DNA of 64,000 nucleotides from Antedon mediterranea (taxonomy: Eukaryota; Animalia; Echinodermata): contig NC_092675.1 of NCBI RefSeq assembly GCF_964355755.1, positions 18,076,912 through 18,140,911 of the forward strand, read 5' to 3'. Position 1 is the first letter of the stretch, and each line of letters opens with the position of its first letter. The notes beneath the pieces were generated by a model that saw nothing but the letters and a program-made list of their open reading frames with translations, did not search any database and was not told where the DNA came from. Positions 36,101 through 49,736 of the stretch are shown in pieces. A program made the translations under genes and the position numbers.

Positions 36101-39100
36101 GAGTGTCAGAGTCCTGTTTTAAAAAAGTGATGTTAAAATATAAGAAGCCGCTGTTTAATTCTAAAACTGTCATTAGGTAGATTGTAACTGACAATTGAGA
36201 GTCATCTAGATACGCGTACGCGTATATCAAGGCTATAATAATTGTTATTCCTGTCACAAAAGCTTAGTTCCCGGACACAACACAAGAACGTTAGTCGCAA
36301 CGTTTTCCAACTGTCACTTGTGATTGGTAGATTCGCAAATGTACTGATGCTTTATACAATTCATTACTGAATATTAACGCATCTAAACGTAATATCTTTT
36401 GATCTTGTTTTCAAATAATGAATCTGTATTTACCATTTTAATACGAAACACACTTCAGCATATTGATCTCGTTTCTAAACATAATCGGTTTACTTGTTTA
36501 ATGTGTGACTAACGAGGTGTTAAACCCTAATCCGTTAACATAGTTGTATAATGAGTAGGCTACTTGTGAAAAGTCAAGAAAGGTTTTTTTTCTTTTCTGT
36601 GTTATGTGTTAGAAGCTAGACATAGCTTACTCACGTAATACTGAATACAGAGATAATTGACCTGGATTGAGCGGGCTAAATTTAGATTACAATTAAATTT
36701 AGGCCTAAATTAAAAGAATCATAGAATTAAATCTAGGCCTAGATGATTAAGATTTCTTCTTCATCATTGTAGCCAGAAAAGTTATTCTTTAATAATAGCA
36801 GTTTGCCCGGTCACCTACTCATCCATGTTGTATTAACGTAGTCTTGTAAACGTCTATGTAAAGTCTCACTTTAACTATGATTTTTTCGATATCAATTAAT
36901 CAACCATAGAATAAATAAATAATAAAATCACAAAGTAATTTGAAAAATGGTAAAAAAAAATGATATTCAACTCTCCGACTCCTGCACTAGTGAAATCGAA
37001 ATTCGTTGAATATATAAAGATGTAATATATAATTCCAATAAGAAAAATGAGGCTATCTATCAAAAAAATCGACAGGAAGATAATGAGATTTCCGCTGTGA
37101 ATGCCTTGTATAAATACAAGCAGAAACATTTTATGAATAAAAATTCTATACAATTTCTAGCTTACTGTTAAGATAATTTAGGCAAAAAATGGAGACAAAA
37201 AGATAAAATATTGTTTTGTTAAAAAGATACCGGTATCGTAATCAATTAAATCTAACTGGTTTAAAATATATAAGTTTGATTACTTTCTCTTTTAAAAAAA
37301 AGCAGACTATTAAGAGGAATATTAACTATGTAGTCTTAACGGTATTAAACTAATAAGTTGTGGGGGGGGGGGGTGGGGGTGGGGTGAGGTTGGAGGGAAG
37401 TAAAATAATTTCTTCCTCAACAATTCTTTAGAAAGGTTGATGTTAACCTGATGGTTTAAACATCCCACTACTTTAAAATGTGAACTATGCAGGCCTAAAC
37501 TTTCATTCGAAAGAACAACCGTTAAGATCCACATTGCAAAAAGGGGACGGGGCTCTTACTAATTTCAAAATTACATTTGAAAAATATAATTTTCCGGTTT
37601 GTGCACATCGTGTCAGCAAATACACCTTGTACGCAACTGAATAAATGACAAGGTGATAGTTTAATATATTGTAATCAATTCCATTTAAATGTTGGGAGTA
37701 TTTGTAAGGATATAAATGATAGATGATAGGTTATTTTCCTCAGTTCCGCAATTTATTTCCTCGGCGGCGTTTACTCAGTACCGTAGAATGTGTGTTTTGT
37801 CAAATTTGCGCACGTAATGTACACAATACAATAGGCTACTCTTTACAGGCCTATATTAACAATTTACCATTTTGTGGTTAGTTAAACTTTAATGGGAATT
37901 CACAAGGCGCAATTTTTCTTGTATGATTTCCAAACAAGTGAAAACAATTAAACAATTTTGTACAACACTATAATTTAAAAGTATATAAATTACTTTTTAA
38001 TTTCAGTTTCATTTTTATTTATGGGATACGCTCTGTGATGGTAAGGCATAGATAGCGGATTGATTTTGCTGCACGAACAGTAAAAATACTCAACAAAACG
38101 GAAAACCAATTGCATGTTACTATAGAACTTCACAGTACACTTGATGGAAACCTTCGGAGTTTGATTTATCAAGTGTGTTTTCTCATTGCAAAGTTAATAA
38201 GAAATAATATACGATGTTGCAAAAAACATAATCCATTAGATTGCTTTCACAAATTCATATTGTATAACCCAGTTCCGAGTTAGAAGCAATTTATGAAACT
38301 ATCCAGTTTCCCTTTATGTCGAAATTCTACCATCATGTGAAAATTGTTATTTTCGTTTATTCAACTTTAGTCATATCATCATGGAGATTTGTCCCTGTAT
38401 GATTGTATTCGCTCGAATCTTGTATTTAAATTAAACATTTAGCGTTGATTAGTCATGACGGTTGTAATCAGGCCTAATAAGGTTAACTATAATGTTAACT
38501 TATTGCGCATTGAGCATCTAGTCGTGCCCATATTAACTACTCTTAAATTTAAATTGTTTTAGCTATAAATCATACTTAACGACTTGCTCATATTAGGCAC
38601 TCGTGAAATCCGAAATTCGTTATTTACAATCTATACCAAGTATACGGCAAGTGCTCAGTTAAACACTTGTCGGTGTGAACTTCACTCTAACACATTCAAG
38701 GTACTACAGATATTGTCTTATTTAGAATTCTCTGATTAAATGCCATTTTTCACAAAAAAAATGTCGGCTTCGGCCTGAGGTAACTAGGAAGTAAGCGGCC
38801 GACTTTGAAAAACGAATTGATGGGATAAATGAAATTCAAATTTAGCTGTTGAACGACTATACTTAGTGCTGTACGTGTTAACTTCTAAAGCGGATGCTTT
38901 TAGCACAGACACGTCAAACATACATTTTAAAGCAACCTATAAATTACGTCTAATACTATTGTTGCAAATGGCATAGTTGATGAATAATTTTAATGTACGA
39001 TGTATACCGGGTACTGCACGTTAACCGATTGTACAATTTATACTGTACAATTGTATACATGATAACTGACTGTACACAATTAATACATGTAATACATGTA

Positions 39101-40154
39101 ATACATGTACTTTACGATATTTATTTTAAGTTTCTATTTGATTAATTTTAATTTTTTTAACACCCAAAAGCGACCAAAATCCACCTAAACTGAAGTACTA
39201 CAAGGACACTTTATAAAATACAATTAGCTTCAAATCTAGAGAGAAAACTTTTTTTGGGTAGAAAAAGACTATAGTTGCCTATAAAGCATGTATGACAGAC
39301 AGAAATTATTCACCGAGAACTAACAAGTTCTTTTATATCGATGAGAGAGTGTAGATTGACTTTTTAAGGATTAAAATATTTGTGGACAAAACTCAATCGC
39401 GTGTAATAAAAGGCAATCTAAACAATTTTTTCGATTGAAGTATAATATTCACTGTACTTGTGTTGCATTATGTGACAAACTTTCTGTAATAATTTATTCA
39501 ATCAATTAAACTAAACCGTCGCCAGTTATCTTACAACAACATCTGGATACAGATTAATATATCGATATCGTATATTATGGTGAACAAACGTCACTTCATT
39601 TGTGTATGGTTCCTTAGCTATATCGAAAATAGAATATTTAATTAGGCGATCAAATCATAGTCGTGATACTAAATCATGGATGTCATTAACTGTCTGGTGC
39701 ACAGAACAAACGCGTTCTAATTTGATTTTACAACAAAAAAGTAAATAAAAAACATTTAATCACACAAAATTGTATTCTTTCTCTTAAGCTAGTGTTTAAT
39801 GATATTCAGGATGTTACAGAACCCATACAACTACCTCATTAACAGGCCATGAATTCGTACTGAATATTATTGTATATAATGCAATTATATTCAAAATACA
39901 TTCAAATCAATATAAAACTCATTAACTAATCATTTTTTTCACAAGTATCAACGTCAATATAACTACATCAACATAATCGATATGAACAAACAAATCAGAC
40001 AATACAAAATAGATGTGTATGTAAAATATATGCGTAACTGTTGAATAATCAGAATCCGCAATGTATCAAGTCGTCAATTGAATAACTATATTAGTTGGTT
40101 TAAATCCTTAGAGTAGACAATACAAAGAGAAACTATTCTTTCACCTTCGATCAC

Positions 40155-40692
40155 CACAACAAGCAACAACAACAGCAATAACAACAACACCAACAACAAC
40201 AGCAACAACACCACCACCAACAACACCAACAACAACAACACCACCACCACCACCAACAACAACAACAATAACAACAACAACAATAACAACAACAACAACA
40301 ACAACAACAGCAACAACAATAACAACAACAACAGCAACAACAATAACAACAACAACAACATCAATAACAACAACAATAACAACAACAACAACAACAATAA
40401 CAACAACAACAACAACAACAGCAACAACAATAACAACAACAACAACAATAACAACAACAACAGCAACAACAATAACAACAACAACAACAACAATAACAAC
40501 AACAACAACAACAACAATAACAACAACAACAGCAACAACAATAACAACAACAACAACAATAACAACAACAACAACAACAATAACAACAACAACAGCAACA
40601 ACAATAACAACAACAACAACAATAACAATAACAACAACAACAGCAACAACAATAACAACAACAACAACAATAACAATAACAACAACAACAAT

Positions 40693-40737
<45 letters not shown>

Positions 40738-40891
40738 AACAATAACAATAACAACAACAACAGCAACAGCAACAACAACAACAACAACAACAATAACAAT
40801 AACAACAACAACAACAACAATAACAATAACAACAACAACAGCAACAGCAACAACAACAACAATAACAATAACAACAACAACAACAACAACA
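40155..40891. repeat. Compound (AAC)n microsatellite with AAT/AGC/ACC variants
   Basis: ~740 bp of trinucleotide repeat. Confidence 0.97.
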
Positions 40892-40982
40892 TTGACCGAT
40901 ACCGTCATAGTTAGGCCTACTATCAACACATCTTTGTCATTAAGTTGAAGTTGATTGAGACAACGCATCTACAGTGACATTT

Positions 40983-42312
40983 CAGGGGCGCAGCCAGTGG
41001 GGGGGTCACGGGGGTCCTGACCCCCCCCCCCCCTTTTTTTTTAGAAAAAATAAATAAAAACATGAGACAACAATACAGATCAAATCATCCTGGAGATACT
41101 GTGGAAGATTACTACCGAGCAGTATTACCAAATCAACTTCTTGATTACAAACCGAGTTAAAAACCCGTTTTTCTGCCGATAACAGGCCATGCTTTAAAAT
41201 ATTTGGCGTAGCACCCGAGTCTATAGTGAAGTGTAATGTTGAAGAAGTCTTCAAGGAACTTGAATTTGGTACGATGATCTGCCAAGACACGAACATCTTC
41301 ATTCCGAGCTTCAGTGATGGAAGCGACTGTGTAAAATTAGCGGATCCAAATGTGTTCCCGAATGTGCGTGCACTTCTTCTAATCGCGTAGGCCTATGCCC
41401 GTAACGTCTGCTGAAGCTGAGCGGAGTTTTTCGACTTTATGGAGAACGAAAACCTGTTTGGGAAATCACATGTCTTATGAGCAGCTTTCGGGATTGTGCC
41501 TCATGAACATACACTTTAACATGAACATTAATACATAGAATGTCATTCGCGAATTCTGTCTCCAAGCCAAGAAGAATGTTCCAAACTTATGTTTAAAGAT
41601 GCATCACGCGATGTCAAGAGCGCCGTTATAGTAACTAACGTAAAATGTATGATAATAATTTAGAAGTTAGTTATTACAATTATGTATAAGCTATCACCTA
41701 TACTATACATTCGAACAAAATAGGTATATTTTTAAACAAAATATTGTATGTACTGGGTATGATAAGCGTCTCACATACACATGGAGCCAAGATAGCTTCT
41801 TGGACTTGCACAGTGTATGAACTCTAACCTTACGGTTCTCATTTAATAATATCACTCCCTCCATGCTATCATTCTAATTTCTTTTTTCAAACTTTTGCAT
41901 CTCTACGTTCATTTCATGCAACTTTTGTATTGGTGAAAAGGGAGGAATTCAAATAATTCCTCCTCTGAGTTTACAGCCTCTCTACACAAATCAACAAACA
42001 AGCAAGAAAAAAAGTGTTTGTCTGTGGCAGCCTGGAATATAAAAATGTTCTGTAATGAAAATGAGAGTTGTTTTTTGTTTTCTTTGTTTCAGTTTATTAG
42101 TGTTAACATTGTCATATTTGTGTGTGCGTAAACCGATTCAAATGATCTAGATTGCCCTAGACCGCCAAAGCTTCCAGGGGGCTTCGCCCCCTGGACCCCA
42201 ACCGGGGGCCCTTGGCGGCCCCCTGGCCCCCAGCCCATGGTTGCTCGCTTCGCACGCAAAATACTCACATATTGGTTGACCCCCCTTTAATTCTTTGCTG
42301 GCTGCGCCCCTG
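40983..42312 (+). mobile_element. Internally deleted hAT (Tip100/THAP12-like) transposon carrying a decayed transposase C-terminus
   Basis: Perfect 15-bp TIRs CAGGGGCGCAGCCAG / CTGGCTGCGCCCCTG. ~41065-41585 encodes, with frameshifts and stops, RQQYRSNHPGDTVEDYYR...ELKTRFS...FPNVRALLLIA..PVTSAEAERSFSTL.RTKT.LGNHMSYEQLSGLCLMNIH (hAT dimerisation domain). Confidence 0.9.
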
Positions 42313-43514
42313 CATTTGAGTTCCAGATGTGTAATCCAACAATTAACGTATTCATTAAAATAGAATTAGAATCATAACGATTCGGCTAACAAGCAATCAA
42401 GACTGTAAGAGTGCTAGAGATTACAAACTACATAAATAGCTGGTTATTGTAGAACTAATATGTTCATGAATAATGATTATGGAATTGCGCCTAGCATATT
42501 ACAACAGAAATAGTTCCAAAGAGACTATTCTTGAGACTTATGCTTCTTAATTAGCGAACTTTATTAATATATCAATTAAATTCATTGTGTTCAAGTTACC
42601 ATATTGCCTTCTTCATCATTTCCTTATTTCAGTGTCATTATTGACTTCTCCTTTTCATACCAAGTAGGCCTTATTACTAAAGAAATGAGTGCTAAAAATG
42701 GACTTAACATGATTTATAGGAGGCTGTGTTCAGTCTATCGGCATAATTATGTGATAATATTTCATACTATGTTGTGGTAATGCTCAAAATGATGTAGTAT
42801 GTCGTGTTTGCATCCTGCACATTCCTCCACGACTCATGTCTGCAATGATAAACGATTTACAATCCAGTCTAATCTTGACAAGTCTATTTGCAATTGATTT
42901 ACACCCATCGTATTTAATATTGTATGAGCATCTATATTTTATTCACTTTAAACACTCTTTATATTTGTTTTCAATATTGTACACGGTTATTTCTTTCAAA
43001 ACACTATGTATCTGTTTTTTGTCTTGATGGAGTAAAGAGTATGGGATGTCCATCCACCACACCCCTACCACCCCCATCCATAATGTTGGCAACAATATTG
43101 AGGTGGGTTATGTTCAGCACTTAGTTCAGGTATCGGGCCGTCACTGGGGTGAAACTTTTTGTATAGATTTTTTTTTTCATTTCAGAAGTAAATATTTCGC
43201 GATCTATGCTTGACAGACATTCGATATTAAAAGTTGAAATTCATAACGGTCGTCTATTAATGAACTTTATATTACCATTATTGTTAATAAATGGAGGATA
43301 TGGAAGACATAGATAGATATTGTGTGCTTGCAGTCTTCACCCGATTCATCTCTTTCCTTCCCGCTTTCATGTATACCGGTATTGCATTAGTACTTTTGTT
43401 TGCTACAATCAAGGTACTAGCTGAAATGTTTAGTTCGTACACTCAACTTATTAAAGAGCACCCGGCCGTCGTTCCTCTTCCCTCTTTAGCGCCTACTCAA
43501 TTCAATTCACATTT

Positions 43515-44105
43515 ATTTACTCATCCTTTATAAATACAGTTTCATTGCATAAATGATGGCAAGGATTCTGCATAGAGAAGTTTACACTTCTGTTTTCGCA
43601 GGACCCTTTTACATAAAAACATAAAACAATAAACACAACATAATAGATACAAAAAAAAAAAACATTTCCTATATACATTTTAGAGTTGTTCATCATCAAA
43701 AAGCGATAGTGTTGTTCTAACAATATTCTTTACACACACACCAACACAACGCATAATATATGCATATTTTATGAGTGAAGCATTTTAAGTTCTGTAATTC
43801 GATAAAATGTCTCTTTTTACATATTTTTTGAGTATTTTATAATTTTTCTTAAAAATATCTAAGTGATTTCTACAGAGCTCGTTCCATAGTTTCGGTCCGT
43901 GTATACTGATAAAATGTTGACCAGACGTTAATCTAGAGTATGGTTGTTTTACGCTACAAATATTTCGAAGATTATGGGTAGTATTTTCGTTTCTTTTGAA
44001 TATCATTTGAATTCGTCTGAGTAAAACATTACTTTTAATCTGGCCCATGAAACCTAGGACGGTAACTCTGTTGATAATATTGTATGTTAAGTATATTTAA
44101 TTGCT
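43515..44105 (-). mobile_element. CR1/L2-group LINE 3' fragment (ORF2 C-terminus plus 3' UTR)
   Basis: ORF 43785-44048 reads HNLR...SRLTSGQHFISIHGPKLWNEL..., typical of the HxTR...R..T.....I...GPKLWNxL tail of these LINE ORF2 proteins. Confidence 0.7.
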
Positions 44106-44742
44106 TAAACAGTGGCTCAGAATGTTGCCATGGCCTACTGTAATTAGGATGTGTATAGCTAAATTATTTGGAAAGATATCTTTGTATAATGAACCTAGTA
44201 GGTCTACAGGGGTCCATGGATCAGACTCTATCGTGAAACATTCACATGATTTAACGTCGGCACGATTATTTGTTTTCAATATTAAAACTTTTCCATTTTA
44301 TAGAGTACGATTATTTGTTTTTCATTTAGCATTTAGGTTATAACCTAATGCTAACGTTAACGTTATTAAATTACGTTTTTATTAAGCATTATGTGGAATA
44401 TAACATCACCGTATCATACCGTTTCTTCGTTCTCCATACAACCTATATATACAATATACTAAAAAGTCCTATACATCATCTTCTCGTATTATTTGTAAAT
44501 AATAGAATTATCACAACTGTATACATTACAATAGGCTACGACCAAGGAGTGGCGGAATATAGACATTGCCGCTTAACGACCTATCTATCCGTAGCAACAT
44601 CATACAATAAAATGTCTTGAATTTCAATCATAAACCCGGGATGAAAAAAAATAATAATAAGCACACAATGAATCATAAGAAATAAAACATATATGAAGAA
44701 ATGCATTATACAAAATACAATATTGCAATGAGAGATTCTTAC

Positions 44743-45207
44743 CTTTAATGGAAGAGCACGTCCGGCTATCCTTTCTGTGTCTATTGATGTGAGGCCTACT
44801 CAGTATCTTATGATGTTTAAGACGCTCTCTGATCTATACTAAAGCTCTACATCAGCCTTCATGAACCCAGATCAATTATTATAATTTACTTGGACATCCT
44901 TGGCTAGAGATGCCAGCCGTAATCACTAAGGTTCTTATTCGGTTCTCTGATAGTATAACGGTGTGATCATCAGTGAATATCTTATTAACATAAGTTCATG
45001 AATATTAATATTACGTCATCAGCACAAAGAGAATGACTCGCAAGAAGAAGAGAAGAGATTAAATGACGTCACCTGATGGAATAATTTAACATTTATTATG
45101 CTTTGCTATAATTACTGCGATGCTACATAATATAGGCTGCACTTATAATTTAATGTGTGTTTCTTATCATGCAGTTGCACGTAATTAATTGTTGTATCAT
45201 GACGTCA
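44743..45207 (-). promoter_or_regulatory. Candidate distal promoter and non-coding first exon (possibly of the FSTL5-like gene) with a CRE cluster
   Basis: Strong minus-strand donor AAAG|GTAAGA at 44743/44742; TTACGTCA at 45011, TGACGTCA at 45064 and 45200. Assignment to a gene is inference. Confidence 0.35.
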
Positions 45208-46548
45208 TAATCGATAATTATGAGAACTTATCATCACCATCACTAGAACATGCAAGATTATATAATCAGGGAAGAGTAAATTTACAATGTCATTCTTCCC
45301 TGAAATAATGTATTCTCTACACTATTACCTCCACCGATTTGGACCACTTAATACTCTCCTCAATTTAAGCGCTGTCTCGAAGATTTATTCTCACACACTT
45401 AAATTTTGTTATACTTTAATAAATCAATTAGTTTTTCTCCATCGTGATTAGGTGACTCGTTGTTTAAGTTATAAAAGATTCCATGTTCATTTATTATCAT
45501 TAGATCTACTATAAATAGGCATTCCCGAGTTTTGAATTCTCCCATCGTCCATCTTTACATTTCAATTCGGAAGTTGTCCGTCTGAATTGAATTGAAATTG
45601 TCATCACACGCATTGATTTGTCAGTTTAGGATTTAAGAATATGGGTTTTTTTAGAAGAAGAAGAAAGTAAATCAATAATTGGTTTTACTTTATTTTGCTA
45701 TCAATTAAAAAAAAATAATATAAATAGGCGTACCACACGAATTATATTGTGACTTGAGAAATTTTATAAATAGTGCCCTCTAAATATGAATAGACATAAA
45801 CGTCTGGCTTATAATAGTCTATACACCTACTTATATTAAATTGGGGGCGTTTCAATAACATGGAAAAATCTGACTTTAGAATGTAAATTGATAAAAATTA
45901 CCTTGATTTAATTGTAATTCTCTGGATATTTTAATGACAAGATATCTTTAAAATGAATGATATATAAGGTAAGAAGAAAATGTTTATAAATACTTAATTT
46001 TTTCACTTATTAAAGCTGTTTTTATGGCATAAAATCCAACCAAATGGTGATGGGAATCGAGGCGTGAACGTAACCTATTTTCATCATCACTTACACTGCT
46101 GAGAGAATGTTATTATTCCTGACAGTGACTGAGTTCGGAAGGCTCCATTGGTTGCACAAGCCTAATTAGTAGGCCTACATTTATTAGTTGTAGCATATAC
46201 CGATGCTTATTGCGAACTAAGATTGTGTGGTAAAAGTTATAGTTAAATTTAATTAGGCTAGTTTGAGAATATCGGATAAAAATGAGTTTGGTTGGTTGAA
46301 TAAATGGAAATCCCACCTCCTCTCTCCCCCTCTCCCCTCCCCTATTCTCCTTCTCCCCATAAGTTTCCCGACATAGCCAGCAAGTAAAGTAAACTTCAAA
46401 AGAATAGATCCTCAGAACATGGAGGAATTTTATACCTCCATGCACAGAATAATTTCAGATAAAAAAAGAAAAAGGAAACTCCAAATAGAGACTCAAGCAA
46501 TTTTGAGAATTCAGCACATTGCACTATTTGTTTAGATCAATTATGAAC

Positions 46549-48068
46549 TGCTGTGGCTAAAGATACGGTACCGTATCCTAACTTCCGTTTGCTAAAGGTA
46601 CGGTAAAATTGCATTACGTCATAATCAGCCAATGGGGTGCTGGTACGTATGTGACGTCATCGAATAAGGACTTTGGATTTTTTTTCATATCGCGACCGCA
46701 GAGAATGCCTTCGGCGGCGCCAGGCTGCATGGAGGCGTGCGTTTAATAACGGGTGACAACGTTGGTGGACGTTACATAAAAGCGTTTAAAACATGCACTC
46801 AATCTCAAATATTATTTCAGTATTATAATCCGATATGTTGATAGCCAAATTAGAGGTAAAGGACTTATAATTCAATGTTGGAAATTGTGTTTCGTCTAGT
46901 TCATTCGTCTATAGTTACTATATATGAGGGTTTTATTTTTATTCCAAATGGCCTATTTAGGCCTATATTTTTTATTAAACTTTGTTTACAGATGATGATG
47001 ACAACAAAGGGCCCTCAAATAACTACCGTACTGACGCGGGTATAAGCCCATACTCGGGTATAAGCCCACCCATTAATTCGAAGATCTACAGTGTGTGTCG
47101 TAATACATTATTTTGCATTTGGCGACGTCCATACACCGAATACACCTACCTTTGATCATAACCAAGCTAGGCTAATATACGCTAGGCCATATGAGGCCTA
47201 GCGGTCCTGTTTTGTTTACACTCCATCGCGGTCGAAGATCGCTTCACACACGACGCTACAAGTCGCCAAAACGGAAAACCACTATTTGGTATCGGCTGCC
47301 ATAAACAAGCTTATTAAATTTCTTTGGTACATTTCTATTTAACGAACATTGTATACTTGCTTTTCTGCTTGATAAATTCTTGTTAAATTGATGTTTAAAA
47401 TAAGATATTCTACGATAAATTACACGAACTAATTTTCCAACACTCTACACCTCGTGTATTTAGAGGCAACGTCGTACACGTGAGGGCGCTCGCTCGCATG
47501 GTGGAATACACAGTGTACATGTGCTGTTTTTGACGATCTGCATTTTTGGATCCTCGGGTATAAGCCCACCCCCCAAACTTGACGTGATTTCATGTTCGAG
47601 GGGGGTGGGCTTATACCCGCGTCAGTACGGTAATGATTTAGACAGTAGCCCCATTGCTGAGTCACAGAAATCAGCGCACACATGCAGCTGGCCCTAGCCT
47701 GGCACTGCTATCCCTACACAAACAAACTCATATAATGAGGTTATAGGTAATAGGCCTCTTTTGAAACGGTTTTCTGTATTCTAGAATTGAAATCAACATG
47801 TTTTGGCTTTCAATAATATTAACAAACATACTGTATGCTACATTTAGTTTTTGTCACACACGATGACGATAATAGCGACAAATGAAGCATAAAGAAAATG
47901 TTAAGCGGTTCATAACTGTTTTCGCGATATGAAAACAAATTCAAAGTCATTACACGATGACGTCACACATGTACCACCACCCCACTGGCTGGTTATGACG
48001 TAATGCAATTTTACCGTATCTTTAGCAAACGAAAGTTAGGATACGGTACCGTATCTTTAGCCACGGCG
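46549..48068. mobile_element. Non-autonomous Mutator-like (MULE) element with ~150-bp TIRs
   Basis: GTGGCTAAAGATACGGTACCGTATCCTAACTT...CATATCGCGA is mirrored at ~47920-48068; 9-bp flanks ATTATGAAC (46540) / ATTATGAAA (48069). Confidence 0.8.
47026..47630. mobile_element. Tc1/mariner (Tc2/pogo-like) MITE nested in the MULE-like element
   Basis: Perfect 25-bp TIRs CCGTACTGACGCGGGTATAAGCCCA / TGGGCTTATACCCGCGTCAGTACGG, TA on both flanks, internal repeats of CTCGGGTATAAGCCCACCC. Confidence 0.9.
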
Positions 48069-49736
48069 ATTATGAAAAATGGTTTTTGAAAATGATCAAA
48101 TAGAAAATTTATGTCTTCTTTTTCTTCAATACTTTGTAGTTTCTTTTTCTTATTTTATTTGCCAGTTAAAATTGTGATCATTTCAACTCACTTTTCTTTT
48201 ACCTGAGCCTTGATTTATCTCACTATTTTAGTACCTTTTTAGACCACGCAATAATCCAATTTTGATCTGTTACTATTATTACTAACCTTAAAGGCGAGTG
48301 GCAGTTGGAAAGGTACCGTATACTGCTGCACCTCAATTATAGGTGGGAGGACCAGGATGAACCAAATTATTGTCTGATTGCTTCTGGTCCTAAACATTCT
48401 GACTGAATGTTTCGGCCCCTGAAACATTTCCGCCCATTCATTTATGTTTTAAAGAGAGGAGAAAAAAGAAAGACGGACAAAGCAAAAACAATAATGAAAG
48501 TTAAAGTTAAATTAAGATTTAATTGTCTGATTGAATTGTTTTCACTGTGAAATTTGTCAAAATTCCTGACATACAAAACTATATGACTTTATTCCTTTAT
48601 GTTGAAATACTGTACATCACATGTGTTTAACCTCACTTTTTGTATTAAAATACACAGTAATGGTATATTATTTTAATCAAGAAAATGTCAGTTAAAATTA
48701 AAGCCAAAATATAAACATTAACATTGAACAAAAAAAATAGTGGATTAATCCTTGTTGATTGTCTTCATTGTAGTTAGTACGTTTACTTCCTTTTCTAAAA
48801 ATTGTGCCTCAAAACAGTACTGCATGACCAAACATAGTCCAAGTCTGTGTCTGGGAACTCAGTTGAGCCAAAATGAGGGGATGGTATATATTGTAATCCT
48901 ATCGCATTGACAATAGACTTGACTAAAAGTCTTGTGTCCGAATTTAGCCTATATGGAGGTAGGTGGATACTCGAGCATACTGTAGGATTACAGTATATTA
49001 ATACTGAAATATTGTTAATATACTTCCGATTCACATAATTTTCACGCTTCATTGTCTTGTCCTGCATAAAGCATTGATTTTCCTATGGGAATCTCTTATT
49101 TTAAGTATTGATTAACCAACTGTCTAGATTTTCCCATTCACTGACCAAGGCAGCTACTTCTCAGATTCAACGCTTGTATTAATATGATTTAGCAGAATTC
49201 GTCTTATGCGATTTGGCTGGCACTAGGCTGATTATAAAGTTCAATTAATTAGCTACAGTGTCCACATGGGTATTGGCATGAGATATGAATGACACGGTTT
49301 ACAATGTGTAATATTTATTATGCACAATACTACTGTACAGGGTACCTACAATGCAATGACTCCCTCCCAGTTATTTAAAAATACTTGTGTATCTTTGTAT
49401 CTGGTTTTGTGTTAAATTACAAATTTACCTTGGAAATTATCTATAGCAACATTCCAATTTATGATTCTGAAGTTTTGTCAAAAATAAATTGTGAAATTTT
49501 TGAATTAAAAAAAAAAAAATTCGTTAAAAAATGATATTAAAGTGTTCAAATTTTGTTAACATGACAAACCAAACATTAAATATAGCAACGTTTATTTTAA
49601 TGTATTCATTTGCAGTACACTTGACCATGGCCTATTGTTTAAATAATGAACATATTATTAATTAATGTGTCCTTCATACCAGCACCATTACCTCAAACCC
49701 ATCCTCCCTCCTCTCTCATTCCTATACTTTCTAGTA

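Noticed and set aside
36896-37153. Hydrophobic 85-aa ORF (and 36033-36257) as the FSTL5 signal-peptide exon
   Set aside because: No suitable in-frame phase-0 donor was found, and the hydrophobicity is explained by T-rich sequence.
40086-40968. 268-aa poly-Leu and 275-aa poly-Val ORFs
   Set aside because: They are translations of the (AAC)n microsatellite, with no splice or domain support.
41006-41302. 98-aa minus-strand ORF
   Set aside because: Antisense shadow of the decayed hAT transposase on the plus strand.
48795-49067. 90-aa minus-strand ORF
   Set aside because: No recognisable domain or splice context.
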